A DNA stretch of 64,000 nt from Eledone cirrhosa (GCA_964016885.1 OZ024752.1:30504001-30568000); one strand, 5' to 3'; positions 1-13,714 are shown, counted from the first letter of the stretch. Made by a program: numbers and translations. Notes: generated from the sequence alone by a model not told the origin.

Positions 1-619
1 TGAAAATCAGAGACAAGAGGACGACCGACCATTTAGCAGCTTCTACCTCGGTCGGCCGCCCTCAATGTCAAAAGTGAAGATACACACACTGTATGTATGC
101 ATGTGTGTATATATATATATACACACGCATACAGTGTGTGTGTGTGTGTGTGTCTTCACCTTTGACATTGTTCCATTTAAATGAATTTCACTGCTCAGCA
201 GTTAGACATGTGAAAGTCTGGACTTTATTTAAAAAACAAAAAAAGGAGTTGTCATCAGAAAAAAGTATACCGCCATAGATTCTCACCTCAAAAGGTCTCA
301 TGATTCATTAAATTATTTTTGTATGTGTGTATGCATATATATATATATATGTATATATAATGTGTGTGTGTGTATGTATTTTTTATAATGAAAATTGATC
401 TGTAAGTAAATCAAAGGTTTATCCCTGGGCGTATCTAAAACTCAGATACTTTGATTAACAGACCATATCAGTCATTCACGAGAAATGATAATTCCCAACT
501 GAAAAAGTTTTCTAGAAGGTTTTTTCTCCCAATTCAAGATGCAGTGAATTAGTTTAATGTCTGGAGTTTTTCAGTTGTACATAGCTGGCATTGCTACTAT
601 ACACTGTTGCCTTTGCAGC

Positions 620-1390
620 AGAACTTCATTTTAGCATAGGATTAATGTACCCAAGGGTTGCTATAAATTATAGCCCAGCTTTTGTTCGATTATGTATACA
701 CAGAAAAAAACAGAGCTAGATTTATTAGCACTGGACTTCACGGAGATGATAGGCCTGCATAACATGAACGCTCAGAAAAACATTAATTAGAACTTTTAAC
801 GAATTTGATTTTAAAATTATGATGAATATAAACCAGAAAATATTAAATTTCCTAAATGCAACACTAAACTTAAACATTGGCAAACTTTACCCTTGCTATA
901 AACCCAATAAAGAAATATATAAATAGGAGCAACCTTCCAAGATCATAGAGAACATTACAAACGTTAACAGATGCATATCTAAGTTATCATCAAACAGAAA
1001 TGTTCAACAGTAATGCCATATATTACAACAGATCTGAAGCTTGGAGATATTTTAAGAGCCCTGAATAAATAAAATCAACCATAAAAATAGAGATATTATC
1101 TGATTTAATTCTCCTATAGCCTATATATATCTGTATCTACAAATGTAGCTAAACCCTTCCATACAGTAAACACTATACACTTGTCTGCTTCGTGCAGAAA
1201 TACTGTAATTAGCAGTCAATTATATGGAAAATATAAGGTTTCTAATCTCTAACCGTGACCACAAGTCTATAAACACCTGACAAACAACCAAAACTAAATA
1301 CAGTCTCAGAAATACAAACTAGATCTCCTCTTCAATAGAAAATATCTGCCAAATGAAATAATATAGAGAGTAAATGTAGAATCAATTGAC
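620..1390 (+). mobile_element. Decayed Penelope-like element ORF (RT core, thumb, linker towards GIY-YIG)
   Basis: Frameshifted fragments GLHGDD (cf. GLYRDD), INQKILNFLNATLNLNIGKLYPCYKPN (cf. VNFLDVTLNLxxGxYxPYxKPN), ISKLSS, RNTV..MENIRFLISN and KYLPNEII. All are typical of PLE proteins. Confidence 0.75.
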
Positions 1391-1880
1391 CTTACAGTAA
1401 AAAAAAATCATACATCAAGTTTACCACAAATACCTTTGAAGTTAGATTCATGCTGAACGTTTGTTTAGATCCAGAAATTTGTTTAGTATATTTGGTTGCT
1501 GAAATATAGAAAACAACAAAAAACTGGAGCATTATTTCCAAAGCATGGAACAGTGTGATAGCCACAAATATCAAGCCAAATACTTGAGTCAATATAATTA
1601 ACTAAAACCATTGTAAGCATTGCCCCAGTATGGCAGCAGCTCCCAATCTGAAACCATTAAACATATATATTTATTATGATTCATATTCATGATATTCCAT
1701 TTTCAACCAATGGTTCCATGAGCTAACCAAGCCTGCAGAACTGCAAGCTATGGATGTTAGTCATATCTTCATACAAATGGCAGAACAAGATTTTTTTTAA
1801 TCTTGTAGGAAGGGATGAGAAAAAAAGGGGTAGTGAAAGATAGGGGGTAACTCAGCATGAAAAACGTTTTTCTATATGAG

Positions 1881-1914
1881 GGTATGTCCATATCCATATG
1901 GATATGGACATACC
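1881..1914. repeat. Perfect 34-bp palindrome
   Basis: ggtatgtccatatccat|atggatatggacatacc, no spacer. Confidence 0.9.
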
Positions 1915-2082
1915 ATGATGTGTAGTTAAGTTCACGTTGCTACCAAGCAGTCCAGTTTCAGTGTTGGTGTTAGCACCTTTTTACGAATGTCTTCTACTGT
2001 AGTCTCAGGTTGACCAATGCACTATGGATGGAATTTGTTAGAAGCCTGTGCTGAAGCCTGCCAAATATGCATTTGGGCATGA

Positions 2083-2140
<58 letters not shown>

Positions 2141-2144
<4 letters not shown>

Positions 2145-2330
2145 TGTTTCTACTTTTTGGCACAAGGCCAGCAATTATCCAGTGCATTACTGGTACTTTA
2201 TTTTATCGCCCCCGTAAGGATGAAAGGCAAAGTCAACCTCAGCGGGATTTGAACTCAGATCGTTAAGGGACGTAACTATGCTGGAAAGCATGGCATCCGA
2301 CCCTCTACCGATACTGCCAATCCACCGCCT
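2141..2330 (-). mobile_element. tRNA-derived SINE family A
   Basis: Head with B-box-like gagttcaaatccc, central ctttgcctttcatccttacgggg(t/g)cgataaaataaagtaccag and tail ggccttgtgccaaaagtagaaacaatt. Many copies in the window. Confidence 0.85.
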
Positions 2331-2709
2331 TATATATATAATGTGTGTATGTCTGTATGTACATGTATGTATCCAGTTTAGAATAGGTTCACCTTATCCC
2401 TGTGAGTCATAAGAAACTACTAAAAGGATTGATGTCAGGAATGTCATCCGGTTGTAAAACAATACCTCAAACTGCCACACCCTAATTGTGCCATTGTGGA
2501 GAAGTCAAGGGAATAATGATGATGATGATGATGATGATATATGGTTAGACGTGGCTGTTGACTCTGCTGTTTTCTGTGTGTTAAACAGAATTAGGTTCAT
2601 TCCCTCCGCCTCCTAATTATTGCAAATGTCCCCTGTGTCCAAGTTCCTAAATACAAGCAGGAAACCATGTACAACTATGTGAGTGTATATATGTGTGTAT
2701 ATATATGTC

Positions 2710-2745
<36 letters not shown>

Positions 2746-2827
2746 AATGTGCGTGTGTGTGTGAATGTATATATATATGTGTGCCTGTAACTGTATATAT
2801 ATATATATGTGTGTGTGTGTGTATATA

Positions 2828-3220
2828 CGAGGGTAATCCCAAAAGTAAGGTCTCCAAAGCGATGGGGACACAGAGAAACTGTTCGTATGGCTGTTGACAA
2901 CACTGTTGTGATTGGTGCTTCCTTCACTCCCAAACAAGCATGCGCGCACTTTGCTGGGATGCTCAATCTTGGCTTGGCAGCCATTGAGAATGGAGCTCCC
3001 TTTGAACGCTACCGCCAAGTGCGAATTTCACGCAGTTATTATATAAAGGGCAATCCCAAAAGTAAGGTCTCCTTCCGAGGAAAACATGCGTAAAGATCGG
3101 CGGATCACTCTGGATGCTCTCTGTATTTTGGTTCCTGAGGTTTCCCGAAGCACCATCCACAGGATTTTAACGGAAAAGCTGCAATATCGGAAGGAGACCT
3201 TACTTTGGGGATTGCCCTCG
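2828..3220 (+). mobile_element. Internally deleted mariner-type DNA transposon (MITE)
   Basis: 28-bp TIRs cgagggtaatcccaaaagtaaggtctcc / ggagaccttactttggggattgccctcg, flanked by TA. Contains transposase HTH remnant DRRITLDALCILVPEVSRSTIHRILTEKLQYRK and an extra internal TIR copy at ~3047-3072. Confidence 0.85.
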
Positions 3221-3929
3221 TATATGTGCATCTGTATATGTGTGTGTATATGTATATGTGTGTGTGTATATATGTTTATATCTATCTGTGTGTGTGTGTG
3301 TGTTTGTTTATATATGTGGATATGTCTGTGTGTATGAAGGCACTTTACTTAGTGGCTAAGCTATTTGTCTGATGTTACGATTTTCACGTTGTCTGAAGCC
3401 CACTCAGCTTCACAAAAATGAGTTGTAATTTTAATTGAAAGGGCCAGTCTAATCACACACTGGATTTCCATGAGAATTATGCTAAGGATGCATGTTTCTA
3501 TAGAATGTTCAGCCATTAACACATTGATCAGACAACTGGATCACCTGTTGGAACTTGAAGAGGTCCAACTCACAGACATATACATCCATGTGTGTGCGTA
3601 TATATATATATATATATATAATTTTGAAGCACCTGGTCCTTGGGTGCGTCTAGCAGAGTTCACTTTGTTGTAAGCATTTGGACCAGGGCAATGGTTTAGA
3701 GGGCTTGAAAAGAGCCATGGACACTACTTTTTTTCTCCCTAATTAAACAGTAATAAATAAATAAATATATATATAAAAATCTATGTGTGTGTATATAAGT
3801 GTATATATATATATATATATGTGTGTGTGTATAAGTGTATATATATGTGTGTGTGTATATAAGTGTATATATATATGTGTGTGTGTATATATATGTATAT
3901 ATATATATGTATGTATATATATTTTCTAG

Positions 3930-4282
3930 GGTGTAAAATTCCCGAGATCCATGGACGAGTTCTCTTCAGTGGTCTCTGTCCCTCATTATCACTGCCATGT
4001 CCTGCGTCTCCAACAGACCAGTGTCTGACCTTAGGGCATCAACATACGTTAACCTTGGCCTTCCTCTTCCAGTGTGTCCATGTAGGGGCTCCCACAGGAG
4101 CACTGAGTGCAATGTCAACTCTGAATGTCGGTGAGCATGTCCAGCTAACCTCAGTCTCCTCTGTGTCACTTTTGAGCTGACTTTTGGGAGGTTCCCATAC
4201 AGCTCTGAGTTTTTCATCCTCAGTGTATTCTGATTAATGTTCAGAGCCATCCTCAGCATTTTCGTGTAGCACCCATCCACCA
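3930..4282 (-). mobile_element. RTE/RTE-X LINE 3' ORF fragment
   Basis: DGCYTKMLRMALNI...RRLRLAGHAHRH...VLLWEP..GRGRPRLTYVDAL...MRDRDH, the C-terminal signature of RTE-clade LINEs. Confidence 0.85.
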
Positions 4283-4576
4283 TGTGTATGTATATATATA
4301 TATGTATGTATATATGCATGTATGTGTGTGTATATATGCATGTATGTGTGTATAAATGTATGTATATATGCATGTATGTGTGTATATATGTATGTATATA
4401 TGCATGTATGTGTGTATATATGTATGTATGTATATATGCATGTATGTGTGTATATATATATGTATGTATATATGCATGTATGTGTGTATATATATATGTA
4501 TGTATATATGCATGTATGTGTGTATATATATATATGTATATATGTATGCATGTATGTAGAGTATATACATACATAC

Positions 4577-4615
<39 letters not shown>

Positions 4616-5016
4616 CATGTATTTAGTGTATATATGTGTGAGTAGTCATTATTTTACTAGTTTCTGTCTTTGAACCGTGGCAATACTGGAGCACCATCAT
4701 GAAGTCTTTTAGCCAATTATATTGACCCCCAGGACATAAATGTGTTGGGTGGGGTTATCATTCTCATGCACAACAACAGACAAGTCATCTTTGGCTTAAA
4801 AGGAAATCAATATCTTTAGTAGAACTAAAAGATCCTGCAGTATTTTAGCTTTCTCATTAATTTTGTTCACCCTATATTGATACACATACATGCACACAAA
4901 TGGGCTTTCCTTTTAGTTACTGTCTACTATACACACGCACACACACACACTATACATGCTTGTGTGATGGTGAGGAGTATGATCATCAAAGCCAATGGAC
5001 CATGTATATATATATA

Positions 5017-5378
5017 CAGTGAATCTTCGCTTATCCGGACGGTCAAAACCAAGCAGTTAGAAAAAGATCCGGTTAAGTGAATTCTAAAATCCCATTCTAC
5101 ATAATGCTCGTGGTTTCTACTGTTTTGGTTTTTTTTAGTCAAAATAAAAGACAAATGCTAAGTAAAGAAAGTTTATTAGAATAACAAAAGAACAGCTAGA
5201 ATTTATAAGAAAATTAATTAAACAAACATAAGAATAACTAAAAACTTGGTAAAACTGAATTGAGTCAAACCATAAAAAGTTAGTACTTTTTTAAAAATGA
5301 ATAAATAGTAGTATAGAAATAGCCGTCCGGTAAATCGAATTTTGGAAAAGCGATATCCAGATAAGCGAAGAAGCACTG
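5017..5378. mobile_element. pogo/Tigger-type MITE
   Basis: TIRs cagtgaatcttcgcttatccgga / tccagataagcgaagaagcactg, inserted in a (TA)n run with TA flanks. Confidence 0.8.
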
Positions 5379-5387
5379 TATATATAT

Positions 5388-5581
5388 AATAATTGTTTCT
5401 ACTTTTGGCACAAGGCCAGCAATTATCCAGTGCATTACTGGTACTTTATTTTATCGACCCCGTAAGGATGAAAGGCAAAGTTCACCTTGGTTGGATTTGA
5501 ACTCAAATCGTAAAGGCCTGTAACTCTATGCTGCAAAGCGTGGCATCCAACCCTCTACTGATTCTGCCAATCCACTACCCT
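5388..5581 (-). mobile_element. SINE family A copy
   Basis: Closely similar to 2141-2330. Confidence 0.85.
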
Positions 5582-6501
5582 TATATATATATAATAATAA
5601 ATGGGAACAAAGAATCAGTATTGCATCATATACATATTTAATTACATGGTTCACTGCCGATCAGCTCGAGGAACAATCGAATAATGTTCGTTCCTGAGTC
5701 TGGAATATATATATATATAAGAATAACATTAAGAAATATGTTGTGATTACATAAAGCATTTATTCATTATAATTATTTCAATGGTTCCCTTATGCAATCC
5801 AAGATGTAGTATTTACATTTGTTGCTGTTATGGGAATGATTTCTTTAGACAATAAGACATTTATGTGATATGCTGCACATATATGTGTGTGTGTATCTTG
5901 GTGTACATCAGTCAAAGGTCAGCGGAATATAAGAGAGGAAATCAATACTTTCTGATATTTGTTCTATCCAAGTGGCTAAAATACTCTCTTGTCCATCTCA
6001 CCACCGTAGATGCAATGACTCAGTGGTTTGTTCATTGAAAATCTCTACCAAATGACACTAATGTTAACAATAACACATACACACAGACAGGCACAAGCAG
6101 GTGTGCATGCACACACATTCACACAGACAGAGGCAAAACCATGTGAATTACACATTTGCTTCACAACTGCGTGGTTCATACTTCACTGATCTTAGGGAAG
6201 ATGCCTTTGATTCAGATTGGCCAATACATTAAGACTGGAATTTGGTAGTTGGAAATGATGCAAAAGCCCCTTAGACGGATGTGCTAACTCAGTGTTTAAG
6301 TTCAGTGGTATAGGAGAGCACAGTGTCAAATTGTGCTCAATTTATGTAAAAAAAAAAAAAAAAAAAAATACATCGAATAAATAGAGATCAATAATATAAG
6401 TACCAAGGTCAATATAATTCACTAAAACCTTTGAAGGTTGTACCCCAGCATGGCCATAGTCCAGTGAGTGAAACCAGTAAATGAACGTATATGTAAATAT
6501 A

Positions 6502-6533
<32 letters not shown>

Positions 6534-6625
6534 GTATATGTATAAAATGTGTTTGTGTGTATGTATGTATATATATATATATATACATGTGTGTGTGTGT
6601 GTATGTGTGTGTATATATATATATA

Positions 6626-6804
6626 ACGAAGGAGTTGTGGTAAGGAACCAGATGGACCATAACGCACCAGAGTACTCAATACTTAGGGTAGTATAGTGGG
6701 TAATAGGAAAAAGTATGACCTCGACGGCAGAGCTCAAGCCGTTTCGACAGAAATAGCCGTCGAAACGGCTTGAGCTCTGCCGTCGGGGTCATACTTTTTC
6801 CTAT
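6626..6804 (-). mobile_element. PLE/retrozyme-like fragment with fold-back palindrome (arms 6703-6748 and 6759-6804) and hammerhead 3' half
   Basis: 46-bp inverted arms. Each reads outward as GAAAC-GGC-loop-GCC-GTC (hammerhead stem III plus GUC site). Bounded by (TA)n. Confidence 0.7.
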
Positions 6805-7526
6805 ATATATATATATACACACACATACACAGACACTCATATTTATTGATATATATAATCTTATAAATACATTAGAAACAATTCTATAAATTCTCTTGGG
6901 TATTTTATTTACCTTGACTATATTCTTTCTACTGTTTTATTGGTGCATTTGGAGTAAATTTCACTTGATTTTCTTGATGATTTCTTCATATATCAGCACT
7001 TCTTACTATTTGCTTTATATCAGGGCACAACAATGTTTACAAAGAGCAGTCAAATTATTATTATTATTATTAGCCATAAGAAATCAGTTTTTTTTTTAAA
7101 AACCTACTGAAATATGCATGTACCTGCCTGTGTGCATATTCTGAACTGAAATGATATTCTTGAAAATTTCAATAAAGTAATTTTTATTGAAAGCCCTTTC
7201 AATGTCTGAGATAATTCTATTAAAATTAATTTTCTTGTAATTCAGATAATTTTTTTACCTGAATTATTTTGAATGTTATATTTTATAACATTTGTACATG
7301 CGAAATTTCGTAAATATTTCAGTAAATAGTTAGAGTTAATATAAAACAAAGATATTTTCAGAATGAAATCAATAAGTATAATCATTTGGAGTCGAGTAAA
7401 TACTAATTATAAAATTAATGCAAGCTTGTCAACTGTTGTGCTCTGATTTTGTGTGGAAATCCAGGGCTGACTCCTATCTAGCACTAACCCTTATCTTTTT
7501 TGTCTTGTCCCTCTTTCTGTTTACAG

Positions 7527-7891
7527 TTCGACCTGCTGCTTTGCTGGACTGGGTTCTAGTTTTGTATGGGACTGATAGACATCCCCAGCAAGTTCCCACC
7601 ACTACTAGCACCAGCACGACTGCCGCACCAACTAGTAGTACCACAACAGCTCCTCCTTCTAACTATCCTCGTTCGGTTGCTGACAAAGTCAATCCTCGCG
7701 TTCCAGTTAATAACTCTCCAGAACGTTTTAATATATTTAGGACGAACCTAAAGTCACCATATGCACGTCGTAAACCTCCACTGCACAGGCATCACATGTG
7801 TATTTTTGAGACTCTTGCAAAACGGAACAACATATCGTCCATGCAGTATAGGCGAGCAGTAGGTAACTCTACCTCGGATGACAAGTCATAA
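7527..7891 (+). CDS. Exon A of a proprotein convertase (furin/PC family): end of the P-domain plus a Thr/Ser/Pro-rich, basic C-terminal tail; probable alternative terminal exon
   Basis: Polypyrimidine tract and ttacag acceptor at 7521-7526, phase 1. Translates RPAALLDWVLVLYGTDRHPQQVPTTTSTSTTAAPTSSTTTAPP...DDKS*. LxxWxLxLYGT is the last strand of furin/PC P-domains. Stop TAA at 7889-7891 overlaps AATAAA. A possible internal donor AG|GTAACT lies at 7862/7863. Confidence 0.8.
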
Positions 7892-7895
7892 TAAA
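7890..7895 (+). promoter_or_regulatory. Candidate polyadenylation signal overlapping the exon A stop codon
   Basis: TAATAAA: stop TAA plus AATAAA. Weak on its own in AT-rich DNA. Confidence 0.3.
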
Positions 7896-9920
7896 TTACA
7901 CATGTGATTTTTATGGGACCAGCAATTGTTCAATATTTATCCAGTTAATGTGTACTGTTTGTCAAATGAGATAAAAAAAATTTTACTGTTGGAAATAGAA
8001 AAGAAAGAAAGAAAGAAATGAATGGAGGTTCTTATTTGGTTAAAATGGAGGTTCTTGTTTGGTTATAATTGCTGTCAGGGAAAAACTGTTTAGTATTTGA
8101 GTAAATATTTTTTCTAAATATCGGCACCCTGCTCCATTACACACACACATGCACACACACAAACACACACACACCAAACTCTCTCTCTCTCCCTTTGTAA
8201 ATAATTCTGAACCACCTTTTTTTTTTAATTCATTTAAAGTTGCCAGATTAGTTTATTTTTTCACTAATGTATTTTTCTTTATAGTATGACAGTTTAAGTG
8301 CTTTACACTTTAATATATTCAAATAATTTCCTTGATTTTTAACAACATTTTTCTTTATCTAAATTGAAAATTTATGCATTTTTAATAAAAAAATTTTTAT
8401 GAAAATAAGAAGCCATTTTCTTATACTTTTTAGTGTACTTTTCTATTTGCTTGTGTGTGTGTGTGTGTGTGAACACCCACACGCACTCATAATAAATCTT
8501 GTTTTCCCCCTCCCCTTCCCCCTTAATACTGATTGACAATTATTTTTCAAATTTATTTTTATTTAATTTTACTATAACAGTTGTTTTCTATCAGCTCCTT
8601 TGGGCTTAACGTATTTCGAATGCTTTAGCCAAACTAAAGAATTCCTTTCTTTTCTTTCTACCAACATAATTGCTCATCTTTTTATAAAACAACGCATGTT
8701 TGGATTCTTGTATTACATACAGGAAAATAATTTTTGGAAGATGATGTGAATATATTGTTATTTTCTAACAATGGTAATGAGATTTCATTACCAGAACTTT
8801 ATGGCAAATTTTATCTCCATATAATCTGGGAAGATTTTCAGCAAGTATTTCATAACAATCTGATACGCCTTTGTTTGTTATCATTTTTTGTTGAAGTCTT
8901 GCAAATTAAGAAGGATTGTACCATATTTTTATGTTATACTTGTAATTTACCACTGACTAAATCTATGTAAAGTCTGTGAATATTGACAGCATGATGATGT
9001 GCTATAAGCCAATTTGAGTTTCAACTACTGTTGGTTGTATTTTTTGAAGTGTTTCAAGCTGTGAATTTAGACAACATCAATCAACTATATTTCTTTCCAA
9101 TTTGCAGTGGCACTTCAATTTTCTCAACTCTTAGTACATTGCCAGCAAAAATATTGATGGAAATGAAATTCTTTTAGCTCTTGCTATTGCAAGAAAATTC
9201 AGTTATGTTCAGTGTGCTTTTTTTTTTCTTTTTTTTTTTATTCTTATTGAAAAAAGTAAAAGTATGAAAGTGATATTAACCATCTTGTTTATAGGTTAAC
9301 TAGAAATTTCCATGACAGTGTTTCTGGTAAAGGCATTGACACTAGTTGTTGAGCTTAAGAAAAACTCAATCAAACTGCTCCAAACATATTCAAAGGTGCT
9401 CTATGTAGAATTTGTAGATCATATATAAATGGTCATTCCATGTCATTTACTTTTGTAACCAAAAAGTATTCATGGTGGAAAAGAAACAGAAAAAGAAAAA
9501 GAAAAAGAAAAAAAAAAGATAACTGCCTTAAGAATGACTGTTGTTTTTTCTCTAGCAATGAATGTGGCTTCTAATGCAAATGAATTACATTCAATGGTTC
9601 ATAGGGATCTTCATTATTACTTCATTTTCCCTTTGCCTCTATATCAAATTGTGTATGTATGCATGCATGTATGTGTGTATGTTTGTAAGTGAATAAATAT
9701 GTCTATTTACAAACATCTAAAATTACTGTTTTAACCCATTTAGTGTTGTAGAAAAATAGTTTCTTTGTAAACTTTATGCATTGTTCTAAAATTGTTTACC
9801 ATAACAGATATTGACATTCTGACAATTTCATCTTATTTTAACAAGAATTATTCTTTATTTGCACACTTTCTTTTTCTTTTTTTATTCTTTTTTTATTCTT
9901 TTTTTTCTTTTCTACCTCCA

Positions 9921-10150
9921 TTAACCCTTTAGCATTTATATTACTCTATATTTACTATTGTATTTTTGTGGTAAAGGCTTTATCTTACATAATTATCTCA
10001 CATAATATCAAATCTACAAGATTTTGATGTTATTTATTTTGCGAACAATACCTTAACATTGGTATGAGCAGCCAGTTATGGCCGGTTTGAACAGAAAGAG
10101 GCGAGAGAATTCTGGCCTGATAGGGCCAATTTAAATGCTAAAGGGTTTAA
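9921..10150. mobile_element. piggyBac-type MITE family P
   Basis: ttaa-ccctttagcattta ... taaatgctaaaggg-tttaa: CCC-starting TIR with TTAA target. Homologous copies at 29507-30074, ~30560-30779 and 48566-48770. Confidence 0.75.
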
Positions 10151-12867
10151 CATGCCACATACTGAAATTATTTATTTCTAATCAAAACTTGTTTTTTAAA
10201 GTTTAAATTATAAAAAAATAATTTCAGTATAAGACATGTCTAATGATGGGTTTTTTTTTCTTTTCATTTTTGTTTTTCCATGAATTACACCTTGTTTCTT
10301 TTTATTTCAATATTAAATATATTTTTAATAATTTTTAGTCATTAACTATATTAAGCTTTACCACAGGGAAAATACTACTTGTTGTCCAATTACTTTTGTT
10401 TCAAATGTAAATAATGACTGACTTCAAGTAAAATACTAATCAGGGTTGTTGTAAATGTTAGCATATATTGGTGTTGAAATGAATTCAATCAATTGAAACA
10501 TCTGTTGACACTGTAGATAAGGAGTCAGCCAGTAGTTGTCAATAGTTTACAAGAAGTAATGAATACTGTTACCAATGAATGAGTCATAGGCACTAATAAA
10601 AACATTGACTTTATACGATTTAACTAACAATTCATACTTCTGTAAGCTTTTACTCATTGAAACTCAGCACTACAAAACTCTAGAAACAGTCATAAATTTT
10701 ACTATAATTTCCCTTTTAGTGATGTAATGTATTCCCCCATCCTGTATAGTATTTCCAGATAGGTGTTAGAAGTGTCTTGGCTGTGAAGATATTTCAGTGC
10801 TTCTGACAGAAACCAACAAACCTTTGGATGATAATCTGGCACATTATCCACTCAGTCATCTATAAGCTTATTAATGCATGTAGCTTCTTCAAAATTTATC
10901 TTCATCTTGTAGTCTGTAGTTTCTGGTATATGGATAGGTTTATAAAACTGAAATTGTTTTCTTTAATCTGTAAACTATATATTGTTATCATTCATAATAT
11001 TGATTCTAAATATCATACATAATTACTAAAAAAAAATTTCCATTAAAATTACATCGTTTCATATAACACCTTTAATTTCAGCAGGTATTAAAACAAAACT
11101 TAACATTTTAAAGACGATAATCAACTTTAATTACAAAATCAACTATTTTCAGAGTTATTTGGTATATTCAGCTTACATGTTAAATTGTAAGAAAAATACT
11201 AAATATTATCTATTTTGAATAATTTAATACCAACTATTGCTTGAAAGTGATTTATTTTATTTGAGTTCTGTGATAATAGTTGTGGGTGTTGTTTAAAATG
11301 TTTTCACTTAATTGAACTTTGGTATACTTATATATTTTATCTACTCAGGGTTTCGTTTGTTTGACTTTTATTTTTTAGGGGGTTGGGGACATTTTATTGT
11401 TTATTTTGTAGAATTTGATAAATTTGACATAATTTAGTTTTATAATAATTTTTCTAATCCCTCAAAATAAGATTTTTTTTTCAATGTCTGCATTTAATGT
11501 TTTCATACTTGAATAATTGTTTTTGTTTTGTTTAGCTTCATTTTCATTATGAGAGGTTCCTTCTGTCAACCAATACGTTGTTGCTTCTGTAACATTTTAA
11601 ATTTTATTATTTTTAGTTATATTTTAATTCCCAATAGTTTATTTATAACTCTAAGTATTCGTCTTAGTTATTTTTGTTGTTTATATTTTTTTTATATTAT
11701 TTTTAAATATTCAAATTTGAAATACTGCCAAGGAAGAAAAATTAAATGGAATCTAGTAACAGTTAATAGAATATGTGAGTCTAAATTTTCAGAACTGAGT
11801 TTACTGGATTAATTCAAAACAAGTAGAAACAATTATTTAAAACAAACAAAAAAAAGCAATCTGTTTAGTCTGAAACGAAAATCTCTTTCACACCCTCTCA
11901 AATACTCACTTACATCATTTTCATTTTGATTGCTGAGATCTATTTACTTCATAAATTTTATAGTGCTTCTAAGTTTCAAAACCTAAATTGCGATTTATTT
12001 TTTTCAATTTATTTTTTTTATTTATTTATTTTTTGTTAATTTAATAACAGATGTTATTTCTAATAATCTAAGAAGGAAAGGAATCTAAATACCTAGAATT
12101 TTATAGTTGCTGAGAGATACATAGCAGAGGGATACATTTTTATAATGAAAATTGAAGCGATTTAGAAAAGAAATATTGTTGACTATACCCAAAATGAAAT
12201 TGTGTTATCATATTTGTTGTAAACTTTTGGCATTCATATGATAATTCAATATTACCTAAAATGTTCCAAAGTAATTGTATTTGTAACTTGTAACAGGATT
12301 TTCTTGTCTTACTTTAACATAAAGAGTTGAGAATAAACAATTTATTTTGTAAACGTTTTTTAAATTATCAACTTATGTAGACTTAATTTCAATGACTTCT
12401 TGCAGGTAATTCTGCCTAGGTTGTCTGTTTTTCTGAAACGCAATAGCGATAATTTTTGCTCCTGTTGTATCATTTACTTTCCTTCTTTTCATTTTCGTTG
12501 TTGGGTTGTTTTCCCACTTTTTTTTTCTTTTTCTGATGATGAAGGATTAATTAATTAATTAATTAATTAATTAATTAATGTAAAGCTTGCATTTAAATAA
12601 GATTGTTATAAAGAAATTGCAGTTTAATGACAGGCAGAAACATTCCTGTAGGTTGTTTATCTGTTATTTTCTTAGCTTAGAATTAACCCTTATCTTAGAT
12701 CTTATATACTTTATGTAAGCTGTTTCTATTCAGTTTCGTTTATTTTAACAAATCCAACTCTTCTTATAAACCTCTAGCTGTGTTCTCTAAACTAATTTTT
12801 AAAAATCTAGCTATTAGTTAATTATATTAATTACATTTATAAATGTAGTTATTATCAGTGAGCATGG

Positions 12868-13170
12868 TGTATTGGAATATGTAGAATGTAGTAAATGTTT
12901 AAGTAACTCTAATATGTTATACTGTATTAGAATATGTTGGATGTGGTATATCTTTAGTAACTCTAATATTCTAGGATGTTATATTGTATTAGAATATGTA
13001 GGATATGGTATATCTTTAAGTAACTGTAATATCCTAGTGTTATATTGTATTGGAATATGTAGAATGTGGTATATCTTTAACTAACTTTACTATTCTAGTA
13101 TGTAATATTGTACTGGAATATGTAAGATGTGGTATATCTTTAAGTAACTCTAATATTCTAATATGGTATA
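12868..13170. repeat. Degenerate ~60-bp tandem repeat, about 5 copies
   Basis: Recurring gtattggaatatgtagaatgtggtatatctttaagtaactctaatatt. Confidence 0.8.
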
Positions 13171-13714
13171 CCTCTTATAGTCTTAGTGATAGGTTCTCCT
13201 ATATTTAGCATCGCTCCTATTTTTTTTTCTTATCACTTTTCACTACCTTTTGTCATTGTGTGCCACATTCTTTACAATTATGAAGTCACATATAAAAATA
13301 TGTCTGAGGAGATTAAAAGACATACAGGTCAGAATATTCAGAAGAAACAAAACACACAAGGAGAAATAGCAACAATTAAAAATATGAATAATACTAATGG
13401 AAAATTGAATATGGGATAAATTGTCTAAATTCTAAATAAGTATGAAAGCTTGTGGTAAGAATATTCTTCATTTCATGTTTGCAGTTTCCTATGAATCAAT
13501 AAAATGCCTATTTTTTAGATTAAAATTCAAAATATATTTTAGTGGATTCTGCATGTGCTATACTCAATTTTGTGTTCTATTTTATTTGAGGCTGTGTGTG
13601 CATGTATGCATATATGTAATATATATATGAATATGTGCATGTATGTTTTGTGTATGAATGTGGTGTATACCAGTGTAATATATATATTCTCCATGGTATT
13701 CAGTAATTTCAATT

